From positions 1 through 38,876 of the IMG/VR virus record IMGVR_UViG_3300014656_006087: a stretch of 38,876 nucleotides of DNA; one strand, given 5' to 3'. The notes under the pieces were generated by a model. It saw nothing but the letters and a program-made list of their open reading frames with translations. It was not told where the DNA came from and did no database searches. The position numbers and the translations under genes were made by a program. Within the stretch, counting starts at the first letter, position 1, and each line of letters opens with the position of its first letter. The DNA comes from a virus (taxonomy: Duplodnaviria; Caudoviricetes). Below, piece by piece: positions 8,875-17,401 of this stretch.

Positions 8875-11580
8875 CTATTTGCGCTGGAAGACCCAGCACT
8901 TGATTGGCTTGTCCAGGATGCAAGAACGGACGGTCCGGTTGGCCTCGATGAATTTGAAGCGCCGGGTGTGGGGCAGCAGCTTCTTCACCTGCTGCAGGTC
9001 GATGATGGGCTGGCCAGCGGATTGGGCCAGTTCGCGGAAGTGGTTCAGGTTGATGGCAAGGATGTCGGGGTTGGTCGAGTGGTCAAGGATGCTGCCATCG
9101 CCCTTGTGCCGTGCGTTGGACATGTACTCGAAGACCTCCCAGAACTGCTCGACCAAGGGATGGTCTGCCGCCAGGCGCTGTTCCCTGGACTTGGCGCGCA
9201 GGTAGAGATACTCGGTCAGCCCCTCCTGCAGGTGGCCCTGCATGTCCGGGAACAGGACGGCAAGGGCTTCGCCGCAGGCCGCAATCTGTGCATGGTTCTT
9301 GATGATGCGCTCCATCCGGAGCCCCTCGGCTGCGGCATAGTTGGCCTCCATGCGCTCGAAGGCCTCGGTGTAGGCCTCCAGGATCTTCCTCTCGCTGGCC
9401 AGGGCCGCGCCCAGGAAGCCCCCCACGTCCGCCGCGGTCTGGCGCTCGAACCAGCGGGCGACATCGCGCGTGCCCGCCTTGTGGTGCGCCTTGTCCGCGT
9501 GGCAATGCACGATGCGCTGCAGGAGCGCCTCGGAGCCGTCGACCTCCGCATTCTGCGAGATCAAGAGCGAGGCCTGGAACAGATGCTCCTCCACGTCGTT
9601 GCTGCGCCGGGCCACGCCCAGGGTGCCTGTGCCGCGCCCGTTGTAGAACGGCTTCACCTCGTCGAAACCGAATTGCTTCTGCTTGGAGTCCTTGTCGCCG
9701 TTGTCGCGGTCGGACTCAATGATGACCACGGGCAGGTTGGACGCCTGGGAGAACGCGCGGCGGCGCCCGGCCGGGGTGGACTTGAGCAGGTCGAAGCCCT
9801 CGTAGTCCTCGCGGCCGACGCATTTCCACAGGAACTCCAGGATGGTCGACTTGCCCGCGCCGGGCTCGCCGGTCAGCTCCAGGAAGGGGAAGGTCTTGTG
9901 CCGCGCCCGGATTTGCTGGACGAAGAGGGAGCCCAGCCAGAAGGCCAGCGTGGCCAGCCCCTGCCAGTGGAAGGCCTTGGCAAAGGGCTTGATCCAGCTC
10001 GGGTCGAACTTGCCGTCGGTGTGGATGTACACGCCGTTGAGCACGGTCTTGATGCCCACGCGGTTGATGTCGAAGTAGCCGTTGTCGTTCACCGGAATCT
10101 TGCGGCCGTTGTGCCACGCGTGCTTCTGGAAGATGTAGGCCCCGGCGTCCCGGTCGTACCCCACGAAGGGCAGGGCCTGCACCGTGGTCATGCGCTTGTT
10201 CAGCCAGCGGTCGCGCAGGATCTTGAGCTGGCGCATGTCGCCGTCGAAGGTGCCGCCGCGCGAGCGGTTGAGCAGGGCCTTGTGGAAGGCGTCTGGGCTG
10301 GTGATGGCCGTGCCTTCGAGCGCGATGAGGTCGTCGGGCTGGCCGTTGGCGTAGGAGATGCCGAAGACGTAGCGCTGTTCCTCCATCACCACGTCGCGCT
10401 CCATGTAGAGGAAGCGCGGCTGCACGTTCGAGATTTGTTCGACCTGGCAGTGGCGGCTGAAGAGCTGGCGGCCTGCGACCGAGTTCAGGAACTCCTCGAT
10501 GGGGTTCTCGCTTGTCGCCTGCTCCTTGCGCGCTGCGGCCGTCACCTCGATCCCCATGCTCTCCGCCGCCAGCTCCTTCTCGAAGGCCGCGGGCATGGTG
10601 ATGGAGTACAGGGCGTTGCGGAAGTCCAGGATGAAGGACATGCGCCGGTTGCGCACGTAGTAGTGGTAGGCCTTTTCCTCGACCGTCTCGGCCATGAAGA
10701 GGCGGCCGTGGTAGAGGCGCTCGGAGATGAAGGCGGGCTCGATGCGCCCCTCGCGCCAGAGGTCATCCCAATCCTTGGCCTCGGGCAGAAGCAGCACGGT
10801 GGCCAGCTCGCCCAGCTCCTTGAGCCGCTTGTGGTGGGTGCGGGCGTACTTCTTCCCGGCCGGGTCCGAGTCCAGGGCGACGACCCAGTGGACGCCCTTG
10901 CCCTTGTTCTCCGCGACGAAGGCCTCGGGGAAGTGGTTGCACGAGAACTGCGCAGCAGCCTTATGGCCCGCATGGTGCAGGGCTATGGCGTGGAAGATGC
11001 CCTCCACCATGAAGCAGCGGTCGCCCTTGGCGAGCTTCTGCCCCGGCGGCGTCCACACGTTGCCCTGGAAGAGCGTGCCGTCTTCCTTGCGCTTGCCCCC
11101 GAAGTGGGCCTTCTGGCCGTCCTTCTTGGTCCGCCCGATGAGCCGCTCCCAATACCGGGTGCGGGCGGCGTCCAGGTAGAAGCGCACCGTGGGCACGTGG
11201 TCTGTCGTGCCAGGCACGGCCCAGGCCGCCTGCTCGTACCAGCCGCGAATGCGCGAGAGGTCGAAGCCGCGGTCAAGGCCGAGGTAGGCTTCCGCCGTGG
11301 CGTCGCGGTTGCTCTCGGTCGGGGGGTAGCGGTTGGCGAAGTCGGCGAAGACGGCGGGCAGTTGTTCCCGCACGGAGGCCTCGAAGCCGCACTTGTTGAG
11401 CCGCTCGCAGCGTAGCACCCAGGGGTGTTGCTTGCCGACGTAGAGGGTGCGCTTCCCGCAGCCTGGGCAGACCCCCTTGCGGAGGTAGTCCCCGGCCTGG
11501 CTGAACTCGTAGCGCGAGTCCGTCAGCAAGGCCCGGATGATCTCGTCCGGGGTGATGTCGATCCGCCCTGGGCTAGGCAT
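8875..11580 (-). CDS. Replication protein: Zn finger + TOPRIM primase + helicase (P4 alpha-like)
   Basis: CPGC...C...C, VEGIFHA and ALDSD (TOPRIM), Walker A GEPGAGKS, C-terminal KCWVF domain. Confidence 0.88.
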   Translation of the reverse strand: MPSPGRIDITPDEIIRALLTDSRYEFSQAGDYLRKGVCPGCGKRTLYVGKQHPWVLRCERLNKCGFEASVREQLPAVFADFANRYPPTESNRDATAEAYLGLDRGFDLSRIRGWYEQAAWAVPGTTDHVPTVRFYLDAARTRYWERLIGRTKKDGQKAHFGGKRKEDGTLFQGNVWTPPGQKLAKGDRCFMVEGIFHAIALHHAGHKAAAQFSCNHFPEAFVAENKGKGVHWVVALDSDPAGKKYARTHHKRLKELGELATVLLLPEAKDWDDLWREGRIEPAFISERLYHGRLFMAETVEEKAYHYYVRNRRMSFILDFRNALYSITMPAAFEKELAAESMGIEVTAAARKEQATSENPIEEFLNSVAGRQLFSRHCQVEQISNVQPRFLYMERDVVMEEQRYVFGISYANGQPDDLIALEGTAITSPDAFHKALLNRSRGGTFDGDMRQLKILRDRWLNKRMTTVQALPFVGYDRDAGAYIFQKHAWHNGRKIPVNDNGYFDINRVGIKTVLNGVYIHTDGKFDPSWIKPFAKAFHWQGLATLAFWLGSLFVQQIRARHKTFPFLELTGEPGAGKSTILEFLWKCVGREDYEGFDLLKSTPAGRRRAFSQASNLPVVIIESDRDNGDKDSKQKQFGFDEVKPFYNGRGTGTLGVARRSNDVEEHLFQASLLISQNAEVDGSEALLQRIVHCHADKAHHKAGTRDVARWFERQTAADVGGFLGAALASERKILEAYTEAFERMEANYAAAEGLRMERIIKNHAQIAACGEALAVLFPDMQGHLQEGLTEYLYLRAKSREQRLAADHPLVEQFWEVFEYMSNARHKGDGSILDHSTNPDILAINLNHFRELAQSAGQPIIDLQQVKKLLPHTRRFKFIEANRTVRSCILDKPIKCWVFQRK

Positions 11581-12046
11581 TCGCCCGCTCCAGTGCCCGC
11601 AGGTCAGCCACGAGGGACATGCCACGGTCGAGCACGTCGGAGAGTTCCTTGATGAGGCGGCGGCATTCGATGGGCTCCAGCTTGTTGTCGGCGGTGCTCG
11701 TGCGGGCCTCGGCCGCGACGTCGCCGACCTCTGCGAACAAATCGTTCACGCGGCGCAGGAGCGCGTTGCAGTCCACGTCCTGGTGCGCTTCGTCCAGGCC
11801 GTAGAAGGTGGCGCGGGAAAGCTGCCAGTGGATGATGACCTGATTGCCGAGAACTGCGCAAAAGCGCGGGATGTCTTCCACGGAGGGGAAGAACTTCTCG
11901 GCGCTGAACACGCGCTTCACGAAGAACGGCTTCCAGCCCATCTCCTTTGCGATCTCGGGGAGAGGCTTGTTGCTCTTTTCGATGGCCAGCTTGAAGGCGT
12001 CGATGGCGTCAAGGTGATGCAGGGGTCTGGCTTCTGTTTCGATCAT
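11573..12046 (-). CDS. Phage regulatory protein, CII-like
   Basis: EVGDVA...ADNKLEPIECRRL C-terminal motif typical of 186/P2-family CII; position after the cox-like gene. Confidence 0.7.
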   Translation of the reverse strand: MIETEARPLHHLDAIDAFKLAIEKSNKPLPEIAKEMGWKPFFVKRVFSAEKFFPSVEDIPRFCAVLGNQVIIHWQLSRATFYGLDEAHQDVDCNALLRRVNDLFAEVGDVAAEARTSTADNKLEPIECRRLIKELSDVLDRGMSLVADLRALERANA

Positions 12047-12091
12047 GCTGTCCGCTCCTCGTTTTGGACACCTACGTGGTGCTTCCCGTCG

Positions 12092-12367
12092 CTACTCGCT
12101 AGGGGGATTCGTCATGGACACACGCCTGCAGGCCGCCTTGATTTGCCCTGGGGTGACGGCCCCGGAGGAGCGCAGTTCGCGCAGCAGCAGGCGCAGCGCG
12201 AGGTGCTTTCCGGCGAGGATCAGCACCCGCCTTGTGGGCTGGTTCATGAGTTTGTTCCGGTTTCTGCGCAGGTTGCGCGGGTCGAGCCCCAGGGCCTCGG
12301 CGACTCGGCTCCATGAGCCGTGCTGCCGGGCCAGCCGATGGAGATGGATTGCGAGTGCGTTTTTCAT
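12092..12367 (-). CDS. Cox/Cro-like HTH protein
   Basis: GSWSRVAEALGLDPRNLRR HTH; first gene of the leftward operon, divergent from the repressor. Confidence 0.65.
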   Translation of the reverse strand: MKNALAIHLHRLARQHGSWSRVAEALGLDPRNLRRNRNKLMNQPTRRVLILAGKHLALRLLLRELRSSGAVTPGQIKAACRRVSMTNPPSE

Positions 12368-12453
12368 GGTGCCTACATGGGGCAAAATGCCCTAGGGTGT
12401 CAAGGGCATTTTGTCAGATTTTTCTAGGGCATTTTATCCTGTATAGGTAAGCT
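12368..12453. promoter_or_regulatory. Lysis/lysogeny switch with three operator-like 13-mers
   Basis: GGGCAAAATGCCC (12380-12392), GGGCATTTTGTCA (12404-12416), GGGCATTTTATCC (12427-12439); minus-strand TTGACA at 12398-12403. Confidence 0.7.
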
Positions 12454-12729
12454 ATGGAAAACACCGATAGTTTTGAGCGGGTGTTCATCACCCTCATGGC
12501 GGAACGGGTTGATGCATCGCCGTTGTCGCATTCGGAGTTCGGCAGGCGGGTCTTCGGAGCTGCGTCGGGCATTCGTCTGTGGCGCAGTTGCCGAGACTTC
12601 GAGAAGCGCAAGCGCAAGCTGACGCTCGACGAGGCCTACCGCATGGCCGACGTCCTGGGCACGGACTTTCCGACCATGCTGTGGAATATGGTGCAGGAGG
12701 CGAAGGCCCGCGGGATGCTGCCTGCCTAG
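12454..12729 (+). CDS. Putative immunity repressor (short XRE-like HTH, no peptidase domain)
   Basis: Divergent from cox-like gene; LSHSEFGRR...KLTLDEAYRMADVLG. Confidence 0.65.
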   Translation: MENTDSFERVFITLMAERVDASPLSHSEFGRRVFGAASGIRLWRSCRDFEKRKRKLTLDEAYRMADVLGTDFPTMLWNMVQEAKARGMLPA

Positions 12730-13115
12730 GGCGTAACGCCCCGGTTTGTCGGCCTAGTGTGGGGCGTTTTGTCCCGTGCTGCGAGTTCGACCCCCGACGG
12801 TGCCGCCCCTACTTTAAAAGGCTTTGGCATTTAGGGGGTTGCGCGCAGTCTGGCTCCGCTCGTCAGCGCGATGAGCTTGCCAGCCCTTGCGTTTCCTCGC
12901 TTCCTGCGCAACGTGCCGGGGGCGCTTCCCGGCGCTACGGGCTAGGCGCTCCGTCCCCCCTTGCGCCGGGGCCTGGGGTTGCAAAAACGACCTCGAAAAC
13001 CCCGAAGGTTTGGTGCGGAGGAGTGATTTTTTCCCGGAGGCCGCGTTCTTTTGCTCGCAGAGGCGGCGCCTGGGGCAGGGCGAGGTGGAAGGCGGCCGGA
13101 ATGGCCTGGGCCGGG

Positions 13116-13155
13116 GCGAAAAACGGAAGTGGCCGACGGTTGTACCGTCGGCCAC
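13116..13155 (-). terminator. Intrinsic terminator
   Basis: Perfect 12-bp stem GTGGCCGACGGT/ACCGTCGGCCAC (13129-13155) followed by TTCCGTTTTT on the minus strand. Confidence 0.65.
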
Positions 13156-13205
13156 AGGGGGCAGGGGCGCCAGAAGGCTGCGCGAGGCAGCGCAAGGCTA
13201 GAGCG

Positions 13206-13298
13206 CTACGCCACCTCCAGGCGACGCCGCGCGACCTCGAAGTACTCCTCGGACAGCTCGATGCCGATGCAGTCCCTGCCGGTCTCCTGGCAGGCCGC
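13206..13298 (-). pseudogene. 3' remnant of an N4/N6 DNA methyltransferase
   Basis: Translates AACQETGRDCIGIELSEEYFEVARRRLEVA*, the typical post-FxGxG C-terminus of beta-class MTases; no start or upstream motifs. Confidence 0.75.
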
Positions 13299-13306
13299 AG
13301 GGCGAC

Positions 13307-13343
13307 AAAAAAGGGCGACCATGATGTGTGTCACGGTCGCCCT
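13307..13343 (-). terminator. Intrinsic terminator of the C4-1 cassette
   Basis: AGGGCGACC/GGTCGCCCT stem followed by T6 on the minus strand. Confidence 0.7.
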
Positions 13344-13379
13344 GTATCGTGGCCCTTGTCGGCCCGGATAGGCTGTTGC

Positions 13380-13853
13380 TTATGCGGCGTCGCCCGTGGT
13401 TTCCTCGTGCGGCACGGGGCAGGGCCGGGGGGCGTTGAGCAGGAACGCGCCCAGGCGCAGCGCCTTGGTGATGATGTCATCGAAGCGGGTGGCCAGATAG
13501 CCCAGGGCCACCCCGGTCTCCTGCGGGTGGAACGGGGCCATGGCGGTGAGCAGGCTCGGGACGGGCGCGAACGTGCTGCTGATCTGCCCCAGGATGAGCG
13601 GCAGGACGGACTGCGTGGGGTAGTCCGTGATGGCCGCCTCCAGGCTCTCGTGGTACTCTTCCACGTACTCGTAAACCTCCCGCAGCCACGCATGCTCCGG
13701 GCAGCGGGGCATGTAGCGGGAAACGAACTCGACGCTTTCGAGCAGGGCGTCCAGTTCGCGGGCGAGGCTGCACGCGTGCTCGGAAACGTCGGCGGGAATG
13801 CTGGTCATGGGGGCGGGCGTGGTGCTGGGCGTGGTCGTGCTGGGCGTGGTCAT
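13380..13853 (-). CDS. Hypothetical protein under C4-like control
   Basis: 157 aa, AGGAG RBS overlapping the antisense target, Thr/Pro-repeat N-terminus. Confidence 0.7.
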   Translation of the reverse strand: MTTPSTTTPSTTPAPMTSIPADVSEHACSLARELDALLESVEFVSRYMPRCPEHAWLREVYEYVEEYHESLEAAITDYPTQSVLPLILGQISSTFAPVPSLLTAMAPFHPQETGVALGYLATRFDDIITKALRLGAFLLNAPRPCPVPHEETTGDAA

Positions 13854-13903
13854 GGTGGGTCTCCTGGGGTTAACTAGTGGCCCACGCCGTACTATCGGCG
13901 AGA

Positions 13904-13977
13904 ACCGGGTGCTAGTAACCGCCCAGGAGCGGCGGGAGTGTTCCCCTTGCGGGTCTTGTATTCGTCCCACACCCGGC
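13904..13977 (-). ncRNA. C4-like antisense RNA, copy 1
   Basis: 74 nt closed by CCGGGTG/CACCCGG; carries TCCTGGGC and GTTACTAG complementary to boxes upstream (14043-14065) and at the RBS (13862-13877). Confidence 0.75.
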
Positions 13978-13989
13978 TGATGACCGAGG

Positions 13990-14106
13990 GGCCATTCTGG
14001 CCTGAAAACAAAAAATCCACAAAGACTGACGGGTGTGGACCGTCCTGGGCTGAAGGTGTTACTAGCACCTGTAGGGCTGTCTGCCCTAGGTCGGTTCGGA
14101 TGTCAA
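13990..14106 (-). promoter_or_regulatory. Promoter and a1/b1-like leader of C4 cassette 1
   Basis: TTGACA at 14101-14106, palindrome TAGGGC-N5-GCCCTA (14072-14088), target hairpin, CCACA/TGTGG stem followed by a T-run. Confidence 0.7.
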
Positions 14107-14125
14107 GGGGTGGGGCGCAACTAGT

Positions 14126-15202
14126 CTAGTTCGCCGCGCTCCCGAGGTTGCCGATGTGCCCGCCCAGGGAGGTGGCCTCGTCGGCCACGGCCCCGCCCTG
14201 GTCTATGACGCCAGCCTGCGGGTGTGTGTGGGACGAAAGGATCACCAGCGCCTCGCGGATATCCCCCAGGGCGGCCATGATCTCGCCGAAGAGGCTGATG
14301 CCGCCCATGGCCGCCGTACAGGTGAGCTTGCCGCGCGCCTGCAGGAAGATATCCTGCGCCGTGATGCTCTTGTCCCCCTGGGCCTGCTCGGTGCTCTCTC
14401 CTCCGACCGTCTCGGACAGGTCGCCGCCCGTCGTGGTGGCCTGCGCACCGGTCACATTGACGGTGCGCGAGCCCTTCACGATGCAGCTTTGATCCTTGCC
14501 GACGGTCTCGGCCGCGTTCCCAGCCGTGGAGTGCGTCGAGTCGCCTCCCGCGGTGAGGTTGAGCTCCCCGAGCGTCCCGAGGTCGGCGCGCAGCCCGGCC
14601 AGCAGGGACATGACCGTGCCGACCTCAACGGTGTACATGCCGCCGACTTCCAGGGTCGAGTGCTCGGAAACCTTCACCAGCTCGCGCGCGATCTCGCTCA
14701 CGCTGGACACGGTGCGCACCAGCCGGGACATGGAATCGTCCGTGATGGCCGCGTCGGTCAGCCGTGTCCAGTTGCCCTCGGCGTCCGCGCGCTGGAGCAC
14801 GGTCGGGGACTGCTGCAGCAGGAACTCCTTCGGCGCCACGGCCGGGAGCGAGACGCCCATGGGGTAGACCTGCCGGATGATAGGATGGTCCGGGCGGCCG
14901 TAGGCGAAGCCGACGACCACCAGGGCGCCCGGCTCCGGGAAGGCGAACGCGCCGCACTCCTGGCCAGCCCCGGCGGGCACGGGAAGAGGCACGGCCGTAT
15001 AGAGCGGGAAGGCCGGGTCCGGCTCCATGTCCGGCGTGAGTATCTGCACGTCCACGGCGTAGCGGGGCCGGAACCGCTCGCAGCTCACGCCCTCGCCCGG
15101 TTGGTCGGCCAGGGCCACCACGCGGGCATAGCGGTCCAGGTGCAGGCCGCCGGACAGCTCGGGGAAGAGCTTAAGCACCGCGGCCTTTATGGCGTCTTGC
15201 AT
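14126..15202 (-). CDS. Baseplate spike / gpV-like protein
   Basis: OB-fold-like FPEPGALVVVGFAYGRPDHP, beta-helix repeats, C-terminal HTHP metal motif. Confidence 0.75.
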   Translation of the reverse strand: MQDAIKAAVLKLFPELSGGLHLDRYARVVALADQPGEGVSCERFRPRYAVDVQILTPDMEPDPAFPLYTAVPLPVPAGAGQECGAFAFPEPGALVVVGFAYGRPDHPIIRQVYPMGVSLPAVAPKEFLLQQSPTVLQRADAEGNWTRLTDAAITDDSMSRLVRTVSSVSEIARELVKVSEHSTLEVGGMYTVEVGTVMSLLAGLRADLGTLGELNLTAGGDSTHSTAGNAAETVGKDQSCIVKGSRTVNVTGAQATTTGGDLSETVGGESTEQAQGDKSITAQDIFLQARGKLTCTAAMGGISLFGEIMAALGDIREALVILSSHTHPQAGVIDQGGAVADEATSLGGHIGNLGSAAN

Positions 15203-15873
15203 GCCACCTCCATTTGGTGCCCGGCCAGGCGCACGGACGTCACCCGGCGCTCGTTGAGCACCGCGCCCGGGCGCAGGCCCGGAACGCAGGTCACGGTCTG
15301 CATCCCGGACGTCACGCGGGTGAAGAATTCCTGGGGCAGGCTCACGGGCGTGGCTGGCCAGCGCGAATCGGCCCATGAGCCGACGAACACGGCCCCGTCG
15401 CCTTGGGCCTGCCAGATGAAGTCCTCGATGCCGAACACGTCGCCGATGCTGGCCATGCCGTGATAGCCGGAGCCGAGGCCGTAGAACGCGGGTACGCGCT
15501 TCGAGGCGTAAGGCTTGTCCGGCAGGATGAAGCGCAGGCCCGTGCGCTCCGCATAGGCCGCGAGCACCTCGCGCAGGGTGGGGTGGCGCAGCGAAAGGGG
15601 GTGTTGCGCGTCGAGCCGGCCCGAAAGCTCCCGGCAGAACAGCCGCTGCTGTGTGGCGTCCACGGCCGTGCTCCTCTCCACCTCGCCGGTGAAGAAGAGC
15701 GTCAGGGTGTCCGCGAAATGCCAGCCCAGGGCGAACGTGACCCGCCCGGACAGCTCCGCCTCCGCACGCACCTGGAAGATGGCCCGGCCGGGCCTGTCGA
15801 GGTCGAGCCGGATTTCCTCGGAGACGAGGGGGACTTCGGCCCCGTCGATCTCAAGGCGCTTGAGTAGGCGCAC
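15187..15873 (-). CDS. Baseplate hub-like tail protein
   Basis: Position in tail operon; IWQAQGDGAVFVGSW and PGLRPG motifs familiar from HP1-like phages. Confidence 0.65.
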   Translation of the reverse strand: MRLLKRLEIDGAEVPLVSEEIRLDLDRPGRAIFQVRAEAELSGRVTFALGWHFADTLTLFFTGEVERSTAVDATQQRLFCRELSGRLDAQHPLSLRHPTLREVLAAYAERTGLRFILPDKPYASKRVPAFYGLGSGYHGMASIGDVFGIEDFIWQAQGDGAVFVGSWADSRWPATPVSLPQEFFTRVTSGMQTVTCVPGLRPGAVLNERRVTSVRLAGHQMEVACKTP

Positions 15874-16418
15874 TACTTGCCCCCCGCGTCATAGTCGCCT
15901 AGCGCGTCATTGACGGCCTTGAGCTTCTTCTCGAACCAGGACAGCTCCGGCTTCGCCCCGCTCGTGGTCGACGAAGCGACGGTCTCGCCTTCGCTTTGCT
16001 GTGCCTCCGCCGTCTTCGGCGTCTCGCGGGATTCCGCCCGCTCCGGCACGGAGATGTGCTCGGCGATGGTGAAGGACACGAGCCAGCAGCGTTTCCCCTC
16101 CTGCTCGTCGGCCTTGAAGTCGCCGCTGAAGCGCCCCTGGCGCATCCCGGCCGCGTTGGCCGTGCGGTTGGTGATGGCGTAGACTTTGTTGTCGCCGCCG
16201 CTCGTCTGCTCGGCCACCCGCGTCAGGGCGCGAAGGTCCGCCTCGTCCTTGAAGCGGATGTAAATCTTGCACTCCAGCCGCTTGCCCTTGGTGCCCTTCT
16301 TGGCCGTGGAGGTCGACGAGGTCTCGCCGGAGGCGTCCTCGTCCTTGAACTTGTTCGAGAGAGACGCCTGCAGGCCATAGCCGGGCACGGTGAAGTCATC
16401 GAGTAGCAGGAAGCTCAC
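15873..16418 (-). CDS. Tail/baseplate protein
   Basis: GTG start overlapping the upstream stop; DASGETSST...KG.K motif of HP1-like phages. Confidence 0.6.
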   Translation of the reverse strand: MSFLLLDDFTVPGYGLQASLSNKFKDEDASGETSSTSTAKKGTKGKRLECKIYIRFKDEADLRALTRVAEQTSGGDNKVYAITNRTANAAGMRQGRFSGDFKADEQEGKRCWLVSFTIAEHISVPERAESRETPKTAEAQQSEGETVASSTTSGAKPELSWFEKKLKAVNDALGDYDAGGK

Positions 16419-17356
16419 AGGATTCCCTCCAGGGGGTTCGTCAGGCCGAAGGCCTCCTTGAAGTAGGCCACCTGGCTCTTGGTCCCGTACCAGCAAACAC
16501 TCACGCAACACTTGAAGGAATCGTCCATGGGTGGCGCGAATTTCGCGAGCAGCGGAGCCAGGGTGGCCACCGCCCCCTCAAGGTAGATGCCGCGCCAGGC
16601 GTCGCTCGCCCCGGTCATGCCTTCGGCCAGGTCTTGCAGGTCTTGCTGCCGCTGCGCCGCGGCCGTGGACAGCTTGGAGGTGAATTCCGCGAGCCTCGCT
16701 GTCGGCGAGACCTTGGCCGCCTCCAGCCCTTCCGCCATGGCGAGCTGCCCGCCCAGGGCGCGGGCCACAGCCAGGCCGGTCGCGCTCCGCTCCGGGGCGG
16801 CGTTCCCCCATGGGGGGAACTTTGGCAGCTCCGGAATCTTGAATTTGTCCAGCTCAATGGTGGCCAAGGCCTTTGCCCTGCGCTCCGCCTGGCGCAGCTC
16901 CGGGATGGGGAACACCGTGTTGAAGCCGTTCAGCGCATTCGCAAGCTGCCCCGGCTCTTGCGCGGCCATGACCAGCATGACCAGCCCGGTGTCAAACGAC
17001 GGAATGACGCCGTCGGTGGCCGCGCTGATCGCGTCCTCGAGCATGCGCGAGCCAATGACCTCGATGGCCTTTTGCGGCGTGAGGAAGGCTTGGTCGCCAC
17101 GCATGGTGCCGATGCCCTGCAGGTACGGCGTGACCGCGAGGTAGCGCGCCTGCGAGGAGAGCAGCGCGCCTGCGCTTTCGCGCAGCTCGTCCGCGCTCCC
17201 GATGAACGGGGGAGGCTCCGGCAGGGACAGCCCCTGGAGCGCCTGCGCGCCCTGCGCAAGCGCCTCCTGGGCATCCGTGAGATGCCCGGCAAGCCCGGCG
17301 GCGATGTCGCTTACCGCGGCCGGTGGGGTGAAGGTAATGCCCTGCCAGAACTGCAT
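16415..17356 (-). CDS. Hypothetical tail-region protein
   Basis: 313-aa ORF at the post-fibre position, coupled to the next gene. Confidence 0.65.
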   Translation of the reverse strand: MQFWQGITFTPPAAVSDIAAGLAGHLTDAQEALAQGAQALQGLSLPEPPPFIGSADELRESAGALLSSQARYLAVTPYLQGIGTMRGDQAFLTPQKAIEVIGSRMLEDAISAATDGVIPSFDTGLVMLVMAAQEPGQLANALNGFNTVFPIPELRQAERRAKALATIELDKFKIPELPKFPPWGNAAPERSATGLAVARALGGQLAMAEGLEAAKVSPTARLAEFTSKLSTAAAQRQQDLQDLAEGMTGASDAWRGIYLEGAVATLAPLLAKFAPPMDDSFKCCVSVCWYGTKSQVAYFKEAFGLTNPLEGIL

Positions 17357-17401
17357 GCGCTAGGCCGCCTGATGGGAGTCTTCGTAGAAGCCGCCCATGG
17401 C

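Noticed and set aside
8836-11415. 859-aa plus-strand ORF and similar long antisense ORFs (e.g. 4940-6148, 18348-20204, 26352-28520)
   Set aside because: Shadow frames of real high-GC genes on the opposite strand; no motifs
12369-12380. 12-mer GTGCCTACATGG also present inverted at 32198-32209
   Set aside because: Opposite orientation relative to the nearest minus-strand starts and only two copies; chance cannot be excluded
12775-12810. T-loop-like GAGTTCGACCC as a tRNA remnant or second att
   Set aside because: No proper T-stem, acceptor strand or CCA
13805-13853. Short tandem repeats (GTGCTGGGCGTGGT)
   Set aside because: Encode a low-complexity Thr/Pro/Ser N-terminus; not CRISPR or iterons
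13854-13970. N-terminal extension of the 13380 ORF through the C4 RNA (Ash/Icd-like)
   Set aside because: No RBS at the upstream GTG; the equivalent frame in copy 2 is not in frame with Bro-N; conservation is explained by RNA structure
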